From Azonexus sp. (lineage in GTDB: Bacteria; Pseudomonadota; Gammaproteobacteria; Burkholderiales; Rhodocyclaceae), in contig JAVBXO010000022.1 in NCBI GenBank assembly GCA_030824535.1, forward strand, positions 1,138-65,137: a stretch of 64,000 bases of DNA. The letters run 5' to 3'. Positions 10,171 to 17,815 of the stretch are shown in pieces. The notes beneath the pieces are model-generated. The model worked only from the letters and a program-made list of their open reading frames with translations, made no database searches and had not been told where the DNA came from. Numbering within the stretch: the first letter of the stretch is position 1; each line of letters begins with the position of its first letter. Both the position numbers and the translations under genes were made by a program.

Positions 10171-10872
10171 TCACTTACCCTCCGCGACGATTTCATCAAT
10201 CGGCTGCTTGTCGTACTTGCGCTCGCCAATGGGTACGGCAAAACCACGGCGCTTGGGCAGGATGACGCCAACCGGGCAAACCTGCGCGGCCTTGTCGGCC
10301 TCGGCGAAGTTGGTATCGGCGAGTTTGCCCGAGCGGGCATTGACGATCAGGTGGGTATCGATGCCCCGCCCTGACAGCGCGAAAACGTTCTTGCCATCGA
10401 CATCGCGGCTGGCGCGCACGCACAGCGAACAGAGGATGCAGCGGTTGAAGTCGAGCAAAAAGTCGGGATGGGAGGCGTCGACCGCACGATTGGGGAAAAA
10501 GTGGTCGTAATGCGGGCTCATCATGCCCAGATGGTAGGCCGTGGCCTGCAACTGGCACTGACCGCTCTTTTCGCACGATGGGCAGAAGTGATTGCCCTCA
10601 ACGAAGAGCATCTGCGTCAGCGCCCGGCGCTCGGCATTGATTTCCTCGGTATCGCTTTCAACGACCATGCCGACCGCTGCGCGCATGGTGCAGGAAGCCG
10701 TCTGCCGGCCATTGACCTTGACCGTGCACAGCTTGCACGAGCCGTGCGGCTTGAATTCCGGGTGGTAGCACAGGTGTGGGATGAACACGCCGGCGCGGGT
10801 CGCCGCCTGAATGATGGTCTCGCCGTCATTGAAAGGAATGCTCTTGCCGTCGAGAGTGAGGGTCTGGCTCAT
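10171..10872 (-). CDS. hoxU: Diaphorase Fe-S subunit
   Basis: IPHLCYH, GSCKLC, HFCPSCEKSGQC, CILCSLCVRA. Confidence 0.93.
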   Translation of the reverse strand: MSQTLTLDGKSIPFNDGETIIQAATRAGVFIPHLCYHPEFKPHGSCKLCTVKVNGRQTASCTMRAAVGMVVESDTEEINAERRALTQMLFVEGNHFCPSCEKSGQCQLQATAYHLGMMSPHYDHFFPNRAVDASHPDFLLDFNRCILCSLCVRASRDVDGKNVFALSGRGIDTHLIVNARSGKLADTNFAEADKAAQVCPVGVILPKRRGFAVPIGERKYDKQPIDEIVAEGK

Positions 10873-12767
10873 GCGGCACCTCCGTTATGGGTCGTCAGGT
10901 GTGCGGCAGCATCGTCGCGCCCGGTCATCTGGCGGGCTGCTGCCAGCGCCCGGTCAAGATCGAAAGCCGGGGTGAAATCCTTCTGCATCATGCGCTTTTC
11001 GTAAGCCGGACGGAACTTGGCGATGGTATCGAGGACCGGATTGCAGGCCGTGTGCCCCAGACCGCAGTGGCTCATCGATTGCAGCAACTGGTTGAGTTTC
11101 TCGATTTCGGCCAGGTCGTATGGCGAACCGGCGCCCTTGTGCAATTTGTCCATCAGGTTCTTCAACAAGGACGTACCGACACGGCAGGGGGTACAGAAGC
11201 CGCAGCTTTCGTGCTGGAAGAAATGCACGTAATTGCGCGCCACTTCGAACATGTCGCGACTGTTGTTGAAAATGGTGAAGGCCCCGGCCGTCGGGATGTC
11301 CTCGAAGCCGATGATGCGGTCGAACTCATCCGGACCGATGCAGATGCCCGAGGGGCCGCTGACCTGCACCGCCTGCACATCTTCGGCGCCGCAGTCTTCC
11401 AGCACCTGGCGAATACTGATCCCAAAGGGGTACTCGTAGATACCAGGCCGCAGACAATCGCCGGAAACCGACAGCAGCTTGGTGCCTGCCGAATGCCTGG
11501 TGCCGATGCCGGCATACCAGTCGCCGCCCTTGAGCGCGATCAGCGCTGCCGCAGCGAAAGTTTCGACGTTATTGACGATGGTTGGCTGGTCGAGATAACC
11601 GTTGGTCACCGGGAAAGGCGGACGATTGCGCGGCGTGCCGCGCTTGCCTTCGAGCGATTCGATCAGCGCCGATTCCTCGCCGCAGACATAGGCACCCGCC
11701 CCGAGATGGATCTCGATGTCGAAATCCGCGCCGGGAATACCCAGGATGTTTTCGCCCAGCAGTTTTTCGCGCCGACGATTGCTCAGCACGGCATTCAGGT
11801 GGTCGAGCAGGTAACGGTATTCACCACGCAGATAGATGAAGCCCCGGGTTGCGCCGACGGCGTAAGCAGCGACGGTCATGCCTTCGAAGACAAGATCGGG
11901 AAATTTCGACAACAGCACGCGATCCTTGAAGGTGCCCGGTTCGCCCTCGTCGGCATTGCAGACAACGATGCGCTGCGCGCCCGCCTTAAGTTGCGCGTTG
12001 CGGCAGGCCTCCCACTTCAGGCCGGTGGTAAATCCGGCGCCACCGCGACCGCGCAGGTTGGCACGCTTGATTTCGTCAAGGACCGCCACCGGCCCGCCGA
12101 TGCCGCTAGGCAGCCCCTCGCGCCAGGAGCGCATGTTCGACGCCAGCAAACCTTCGTCAGGTGCGCGCGCCCGCGCTGCGAGCAGCGCCGAACCGGGTTC
12201 CAGATCGCTACTGAGCAGCACGTCGCTACGGCGAATATTGTCTTCAATGCGGAAAAACTCTGGAGGCCAGGCGCTCATCGGCACCCGTTCGCGGATCAGT
12301 TCGGCAACCCGGTCTATGCGCTCCGTGGTCAGGCCACCAATCGCGTAATTATTCACCAGCAGCGCCGGCCCCTGGTCGCACAAGCCGGTGCAGGAGGTCA
12401 TCGCGACGCTGACCAGGCCATCTTCCGAGACCTTGCCGGGCTCGATCCACAGGCTGTTGCACAGCTGGTCGCGCAAGTCGCGATTGCCGAGCATGCAGTC
12501 GGTGATGTTGTCGGAAAACAGCACCCGGTACTTGCCACGCGGCTGGGTGTAGAAAAAAGAGTAAAAACCGGCAACGCCCTCGATCTTGGTCCGTGGAACG
12601 CCCAGCGTCAGCTGCAGGCGATCGATGGCTTCCGGTGAAATCCAGTCGCAGGCTTCCTGGACTTCGCGCAGGATTTGCACCATACAACTCGGGTCGCGCC
12701 GGTAACGCGCCACCACCCGGTCGACGACCCCGGCCACGGCTTCGGCATGCATTTCGGTCAGTGCCAC
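10869..12767 (-). CDS. hoxF: Diaphorase NAD/FMN-binding subunit (NuoE-NuoF-like fusion)
   Basis: GRGGAGFTTG, CNADEGEPG, GAYVCGEESAL, ESCGFCTPCR. Likely GTG start at 12767 after GGGAGAG (alternatively ATG at 12752). Confidence 0.93.
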   Translation of the reverse strand: MALTEMHAEAVAGVVDRVVARYRRDPSCMVQILREVQEACDWISPEAIDRLQLTLGVPRTKIEGVAGFYSFFYTQPRGKYRVLFSDNITDCMLGNRDLRDQLCNSLWIEPGKVSEDGLVSVAMTSCTGLCDQGPALLVNNYAIGGLTTERIDRVAELIRERVPMSAWPPEFFRIEDNIRRSDVLLSSDLEPGSALLAARARAPDEGLLASNMRSWREGLPSGIGGPVAVLDEIKRANLRGRGGAGFTTGLKWEACRNAQLKAGAQRIVVCNADEGEPGTFKDRVLLSKFPDLVFEGMTVAAYAVGATRGFIYLRGEYRYLLDHLNAVLSNRRREKLLGENILGIPGADFDIEIHLGAGAYVCGEESALIESLEGKRGTPRNRPPFPVTNGYLDQPTIVNNVETFAAAALIALKGGDWYAGIGTRHSAGTKLLSVSGDCLRPGIYEYPFGISIRQVLEDCGAEDVQAVQVSGPSGICIGPDEFDRIIGFEDIPTAGAFTIFNNSRDMFEVARNYVHFFQHESCGFCTPCRVGTSLLKNLMDKLHKGAGSPYDLAEIEKLNQLLQSMSHCGLGHTACNPVLDTIAKFRPAYEKRMMQKDFTPAFDLDRALAAARQMTGRDDAAAHLTTHNGGAA

Positions 12768-12801
12768 GACACTCTCCCTAAAACAGGCTATGACAGCAAA
12801 G

Positions 12802-12842
12802 AGCCTAGCACTGATTACTGCGTCTTTCTTGCTCTGGATCAA
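12802..12842 (-). promoter_or_regulatory. FNR/CRP-family box and extended -10 of the hox promoter
   Basis: TTGCT-ctgg-ATCAA at 12829-12842 (9/10 match to TTGAT-N4-ATCAA), centred about -41 relative to TGc-TAGGCT (12810-12802). Confidence 0.65.
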
Positions 12843-12988
12843 ATATCCGAATCGTCCGGTTCACCCCAGCGTAATCTTCCCGTGCCAGAATGTTGCTGCA
12901 GCACAGCATCGATTTTTCCTTGCCATACGGGCTATTTGGCTAATATTTGATGCGGTGCATGACGATAATCCACTCAAGGAACTACAGC

Positions 12989-13792
12989 ATGAACACCCCC
13001 CTCGTCCCGGCTCCCGCAGCCACCGCCCTGCTGCCGCTGGCCGGCAAAAAAGGCCTGATCACCGGCGTCGCCAACGACAAGTCGATTGCCTTTGCCGTGG
13101 CCAAGGCCATTCGCGCCCTGGGTGGCGAGATCGCCATCACCTATCAAAACGACAAGACCGCCAAGTACACCCAGCCGCTGGCTGAGGCGCTGGGGGCCAA
13201 GCTTTTTCTCAAGCTTGATGTTTCCGAGCCGGGCAGCCTGGAAAACGTCATTGAAGAATGCGGCAAGGAATTCGGCGAAATCGACTTCGCCGTGCATTCC
13301 ATGGCCTTCTGTAACGCCGACGACCTGCACGGCCGTGTCATCGACACCACCGAAGCCGGCTTTGACTCGGCGATGAACGTTTCCTGCCACAGCTTCCTGC
13401 GCATGGCCAAGGCCCTGGAGCCGCTGATGGCCCACGGCGGCTCGCTGATCACCATGTCCTACCTCGGCGCCGAGCGCGTCGTGCGCAATTACGGCGTGAT
13501 GGGCATCATCAAGGCGGCGCTCGAATCCGCCGTCCGTTACATGGCCTATGACCTCGGCCCCAAGGGCATCCGCGTCTTCGCCGTCTCGCCCGGCCCGATC
13601 ATGACCCGCGCCGCGTCCGGCATCGCCGATTTCAACAAGCTACTCGAAGCCGATGCCGTCAAGGCGCCGCTCGGCCGTACCGTGACCATCGACGAAGTCG
13701 GCGCGCTGACCGCCTTCCTGTGCACCTCAGGCTCTTCCGGCATGACCGGCCAGACGATTTACGTCGACGGCGGCTCCCATATCGTCGCCTGA
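12989..13792 (+). CDS. fabI: Enoyl-ACP reductase FabI-type (paralog associated with pta-ackA)
   Basis: GVANDKSIAF, YGVMGIIKAALES (Y-x6-K), SPGPIMTRAASGI; RBS AAGGA before ATG 12989. Confidence 0.9.
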   Translation: MNTPLVPAPAATALLPLAGKKGLITGVANDKSIAFAVAKAIRALGGEIAITYQNDKTAKYTQPLAEALGAKLFLKLDVSEPGSLENVIEECGKEFGEIDFAVHSMAFCNADDLHGRVIDTTEAGFDSAMNVSCHSFLRMAKALEPLMAHGGSLITMSYLGAERVVRNYGVMGIIKAALESAVRYMAYDLGPKGIRVFAVSPGPIMTRAASGIADFNKLLEADAVKAPLGRTVTIDEVGALTAFLCTSGSSGMTGQTIYVDGGSHIVA

Positions 13793-13811
13793 GGCAAAAA
13801 CGCCTGATTCT

Positions 13812-13825
13812 TGCGGTCGACCGCA
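13812..13825. repeat. Palindrome TGCGGTCGACCGCA (also the core of 60418-60447)
   Basis: Perfect 14-bp inverted repeat in an intergenic position. Confidence 0.7.
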
Positions 13826-13889
13826 GAAAAGGGCTAATTTTCGGGGAGGGGCCACGCGCCCTTTTCCCGAAACGCTTTTGGAGACCTGC

Positions 13890-14465
13890 ATGGCCGATGT
13901 TGACGGACTACTCCCCGATCCGATCCCGGATCACCCTCTACTGCGTGGCCGCCAGGAAATCGGCCGGGGCGAAAGCACCATCGTCCTGGAAGCCGACACG
14001 GTCGATGGTCAGGAGCGGGTGTTCAAGGTCTTGTCTTCGCCCACTGATTACGCCTACTACACCGCCGATGATCGTCCGACCGGCCGGCATTTCCCGATTG
14101 TTTACGCCGATCACGGCACGGTTGGCCGCTCCAGTCGCGGCTTTCCTTTTCATGTCGTCGAGGTCGAGCGCCTCTATCCGCTGCCCGGCTCCGGTGAAGC
14201 GGCAGAAGTGGCGACCAAACTCTCCAGCTCCTATTTCGACGCCTGCCTGATGTGGCGCAATCTGGCTCACGATATGGGCCGCATTGCCCTGCACCACCTG
14301 ACGGTCACACCGATGGGCTGGAGTGACGCTGTCCAGGCCTCGCTGCAGGCACTGGAGGGCTTTTCCAACGACTACGGCGCCCTGCCCGACCTGATCAAGG
14401 CTGACAACCTGATGATGCGCAAGGACGGCACCCTGGTCTTTTCCGATCCGGTATTCATGGAATGA
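13890..14465 (+). CDS. Minimal protein-kinase-like protein (T7 gp0.7-like motif pattern)
   Basis: IGRGES Gly-loop, RVFKV Lys, HFPIVY, ERLYPL hinge, DLIKADNLMM catalytic loop, VFSDPV; GGAG RBS before ATG 13890. Confidence 0.65.
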   Translation: MADVDGLLPDPIPDHPLLRGRQEIGRGESTIVLEADTVDGQERVFKVLSSPTDYAYYTADDRPTGRHFPIVYADHGTVGRSSRGFPFHVVEVERLYPLPGSGEAAEVATKLSSSYFDACLMWRNLAHDMGRIALHHLTVTPMGWSDAVQASLQALEGFSNDYGALPDLIKADNLMMRKDGTLVFSDPVFME

Positions 14466-14947
14466 GCATCAACCAGGTTTCCTTCACTTCCCGCGAGCAC
14501 GCCGAGTCAATGTCTGGCGCGCCCGGCATTGCGGTGATTTCGATCACCGACCCCGGCAGCCCGCCAGCCCGCCTCTCGCCCTGCTTCGGGCCGATTCTGC
14601 GCTTGTCCTTTTTTGATGCGCTACCGGCCGACGAATACCTGCCGGCCCCCTTCCCCGGCTTGTTCGACCATCGCATGGCACGCCAGATCAATGAATTTGT
14701 CGAACAGTTGCAAGCCACCAGCGAGCACTATCAAGTGCTGGTTCATTGCGAATTCGGCATCAGCCGTTCGGCAGCCATCGCGCTGTTCGTCGAAGCTTGC
14801 AGCGAAGCGCCACTGGCGGCCCGGGAATTCACCGCCGAGGCCAATCAGTGGGTCATTGACAGCCTGTTGCGCGTGCGCCCGGATTTGCTCATCGACATTC
14901 CGACCAGCGTCGCCATCGTCGAGCGCCGCCATGCCGCACGGACCTGA
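14462..14947 (+). CDS. Cys-based protein tyrosine/dual-specificity phosphatase
   Basis: VLVHCEFGISRSAA (HCx5RS), AVISITDP, LRLSFFD general-acid loop; ATGA overlap with the upstream gene. Confidence 0.85.
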   Translation: MSINQVSFTSREHAESMSGAPGIAVISITDPGSPPARLSPCFGPILRLSFFDALPADEYLPAPFPGLFDHRMARQINEFVEQLQATSEHYQVLVHCEFGISRSAAIALFVEACSEAPLAAREFTAEANQWVIDSLLRVRPDLLIDIPTSVAIVERRHAART

Positions 14948-15007
14948 GGCCCTTGATCGGCAATTTGGCAAATTTCGATACTGAAAAGCCATTCCGGGAG
15001 CAAAACA

Positions 15008-16426
15008 ATGCCAAACAACAGTGACAGCACTTATCTCGACAATAAAACCTTCGATGAAATCAGGATCGGCGACTCGTCCTGCCTGAGCCGGACGCTGATG
15101 CCCGAAGACGTCAAGCTCTTCGCCATCCTGACCGGCGATTTCAACCCCACCGTCGTCGATCCTTCCTACACGCAAAGCAGCCTGTTCCGCGAGGTCATCG
15201 CCCACGGCATGTGGAGCGGCTCGCTGATTTCGACCGTACTCGGCACCCAGTACCCGGGACCGGGCACCATCCTGGTCGACCAGGCGCTGCACTTTGCCCG
15301 GCCGGTCAGCATCGGCGACACCATCACCATTACCGTCACGGTCAAGCAGAAATTCCCGCATAACCAGCACGTCATCTTCGACTGCGTCTGTACCAATCAG
15401 GATGGCCTGCAGGTCGTGCGCGGCACGGCAGAAATTCTGGCGCCGCTGGAAAAGGTCCGGCACCTGAAGCGCGGCGACATGCCGGCGGTGCGTATCGACG
15501 ACAAGCACGAGCGCTACACCCAGATGCTGTCGCGCGTCAAAGGCCTGGCACCGATCCCGACCGCCGTCGCCCACCCCTGCGATGCGGAATCCCTGAAAGG
15601 CGCGGTCATGGCTTTCCAGGCCGGCATCATCGAGCCCATCCTGGTCGGCCCGGAAAGCAAGATCCGCAGCGTTGCCGAGGAAAACGGTATCGACCTGTCC
15701 GGCATCCGCATCGTCAACGCCGCCCACAGCCACGATTCTGCCGCGCTGGCGGTATCGCTGGTGCGCACCGGCGATGCCGAGGCGCTGATGAAGGGCAGCT
15801 TGCATACCGACGAGTTGATGGCGGAAGTCGTCTCGCGGGCCAATGGCCTGCGTACCTGCCGCCGCATCAGCCACGTTTTCCTGATGGATGTGCCGACCTA
15901 TCCCCGGCCGCTACTGATTACCGACGCCGCAATCAATATCGCCCCGACGCTGGAAGAAAAAGCCGACATCATCCGCAACGCCATCGATCTGGCACACATC
16001 ATCGGCATTCCCGAACCCAAGGTGGCGATTCTCTCGGCGGTCGAGACCGTCAATCCCAAAATCCAGTCCACGCTCGACGCCGCCGCGCTGTGCAAGATGG
16101 CCGACCGTGGCCAGATCAAGGGCGGCATCCTCGACGGCCCGCTGGCTTTTGATAACGCCATTTCCATCGTCGCCGCCAAAACCAAGGGGATTGTCTCGGC
16201 TGTTGCCGGCCACGCCGAAATCCTCGTCGTCCCTGATCTTGAGTCCGGCAACATGCTGGCCAAGCAACTCGAATATCTGGCCAATGCGCTAACCGCCGGC
16301 ATTGTCCTCGGCACCCGCGTGCCGATTGTGCTGACCAGTCGCGCCGACTCCGCCGAAACCCGAACTGCATCGTGCGTCATTGCCGCACTGATTGCCCACG
16401 CCAACCGCAAAAACGGAACTGTTTGA
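15008..16426 (+). CDS. Bifunctional MaoC-like (R)-enoyl-CoA hydratase / phosphate acetyl(butyryl)transferase
   Basis: N-terminal FAILTGDFNP..IAHGM hotdog domain; C-terminal ALMKGS, DGPLAFDNA, LTSRAD. Confidence 0.9.
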   Translation: MPNNSDSTYLDNKTFDEIRIGDSSCLSRTLMPEDVKLFAILTGDFNPTVVDPSYTQSSLFREVIAHGMWSGSLISTVLGTQYPGPGTILVDQALHFARPVSIGDTITITVTVKQKFPHNQHVIFDCVCTNQDGLQVVRGTAEILAPLEKVRHLKRGDMPAVRIDDKHERYTQMLSRVKGLAPIPTAVAHPCDAESLKGAVMAFQAGIIEPILVGPESKIRSVAEENGIDLSGIRIVNAAHSHDSAALAVSLVRTGDAEALMKGSLHTDELMAEVVSRANGLRTCRRISHVFLMDVPTYPRPLLITDAAINIAPTLEEKADIIRNAIDLAHIIGIPEPKVAILSAVETVNPKIQSTLDAAALCKMADRGQIKGGILDGPLAFDNAISIVAAKTKGIVSAVAGHAEILVVPDLESGNMLAKQLEYLANALTAGIVLGTRVPIVLTSRADSAETRTASCVIAALIAHANRKNGTV

Positions 16427-16427
16427 C

Positions 16428-17609
16428 ATGAACCAAGGTATTTTGACGATCAATGCTGGATCGTCCTCGATCAAATTTGCCCTTTTCCCGCTCGCCCAGG
16501 TGATCTCACCGGACGCCGAAGTGTCCGGCCAGATCGATGGCATTGGCACTGCCGCCACCCGCATGGTGGCCCGGAACGGCGCCGGGGAAAAAATTGCCGA
16601 CCAGAACATTCCCGGCGAACAAGTCAGCCATGACCAAGCTTTCGACGCGCTGCTGCACTGGTTTCTTGCCAGCCACAGCGGCTGGGAAATCGTCGCGGTT
16701 GGTCACCGGGTTGTCCATGGCGGTGAGCGCTATTCCAAGCCAACGCTGATCGACGACACGGTCCTCGCCCACCTGAGCAGCTTCTTTCCGCTGGCCCCCC
16801 TGCATGAACCGCACAACGTCGCCGGTATCAAGGCCTTGCAGGCGCTGTTGCCGAACGTGCCGCAAGTCGCCTGCTTCGACACCGCCTTCCATCGCAGCCA
16901 GCCCGACGTTGCCCAGGTTTTTGGCCTGCCCAGGGCGTTGACCGCAGAAGGCATCAAACGCTACGGTTTTCACGGTCTGTCCTACGAATTCATCGCCCGT
17001 GCCCTGCCCCAGCATTCACACCGCGCCAACGGCCGCGTCGTCGTCGCTCACCTCGGCAACGGCGCCAGCATGGCAGCGATGGTCAATCGCAAATGCGTCG
17101 CGACGACGCTCGGCTTCTCGACCATCGACGGCCTGCTGATGGGCACCCGCTGCGGCAACCTTGATCCCGGCGTGATCCTGCACCTGATGGACACCAAGGG
17201 CTACACGGTCAAAGACATGACGCGGATTCTTTACAAGGAATCCGGCCTGCTCGGCGTCTCCGGCATCAGCCAGGACATGCGCACCCTGCTGGCCAGTGAC
17301 AAGCCTGAGGCTCACGAAGCCGTTGATCTGTTCTGCTATCGCATCGTCCGCGAACTCGGTTCGCTGGTCGCCGCTGCCGGCGGCATCGATGCGCTGGTCT
17401 TTACCGGTGGCATCGGCGAGCACGCCGCTGAAGTCCGCCGGCGCGTCGGCATGCAATGCGACTGGCTGGGCATCCGCGTCAATCCCGAAGCCAATGCCCG
17501 CCACGATGTGGTGATCAGCGCTGGCAACAGCAGTGTTGACGTGCTGGTGATCCCGACCAACGAGGAATGGATGATGGCCCACCACGCGCAAACCCTGCTC
17601 GCGCTGTAA
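16428..17609 (+). CDS. ackA: Acetate/propionate kinase
   Basis: INAGSSSIKF, GHRVVHGG, CFDTAFH, YGFHGLSY, HLGNGAS, FTGGIGE, IPTNEE. Confidence 0.95.
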   Translation: MNQGILTINAGSSSIKFALFPLAQVISPDAEVSGQIDGIGTAATRMVARNGAGEKIADQNIPGEQVSHDQAFDALLHWFLASHSGWEIVAVGHRVVHGGERYSKPTLIDDTVLAHLSSFFPLAPLHEPHNVAGIKALQALLPNVPQVACFDTAFHRSQPDVAQVFGLPRALTAEGIKRYGFHGLSYEFIARALPQHSHRANGRVVVAHLGNGASMAAMVNRKCVATTLGFSTIDGLLMGTRCGNLDPGVILHLMDTKGYTVKDMTRILYKESGLLGVSGISQDMRTLLASDKPEAHEAVDLFCYRIVRELGSLVAAAGGIDALVFTGGIGEHAAEVRRRVGMQCDWLGIRVNPEANARHDVVISAGNSSVDVLVIPTNEEWMMAHHAQTLLAL

Positions 17610-17626
17610 ATATTTTTTCTCCCTTC

Positions 17627-17663
17627 GGCCCCGGCCCCGAAAGGCGCCGGGGCCTTGTTTTTT
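17627..17663 (+). terminator. Intrinsic terminator after ackA
   Basis: GGCCCCGGC...GCCGGGGCC followed by TTGTTTTTT. Confidence 0.75.
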
Positions 17664-17710
17664 CGGGGCTTTTCGCACTATGCCAAAAGTATAATCATCA
17701 CGGACACAAA

Positions 17711-17757
17711 ACACTGCATCTAGTCAACACCTTCCGAAAAAACACTAGATATAGTAG
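17711..17757. promoter_or_regulatory. Tandem NrdR boxes
   Basis: ACACTGCATCTAGTCA (17711-17726) and ACACTAGATATAGTAG (17742-17757), 31 bp apart, match acaCwAtATaTwGtg upstream of an RNR gene. Confidence 0.8.
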
Positions 17758-17815
17758 ATTGCGCCCATTCGAACACTAGCAATCCCACCGCAGGATTGCC
17801 CAGAGAGGAACCGCC

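Noticed and set aside
8151-12638. Long + strand ORFs (704 aa and 583 aa) antisense to the hox genes
   Set aside because: Shadow frames typical of GC-rich coding DNA; no motifs; opposite well-supported genes
17610-17815. Cobalamin riboswitch upstream of nrdJ
   Set aside because: No B12-box recognised; the space is accounted for by the terminator and NrdR boxes
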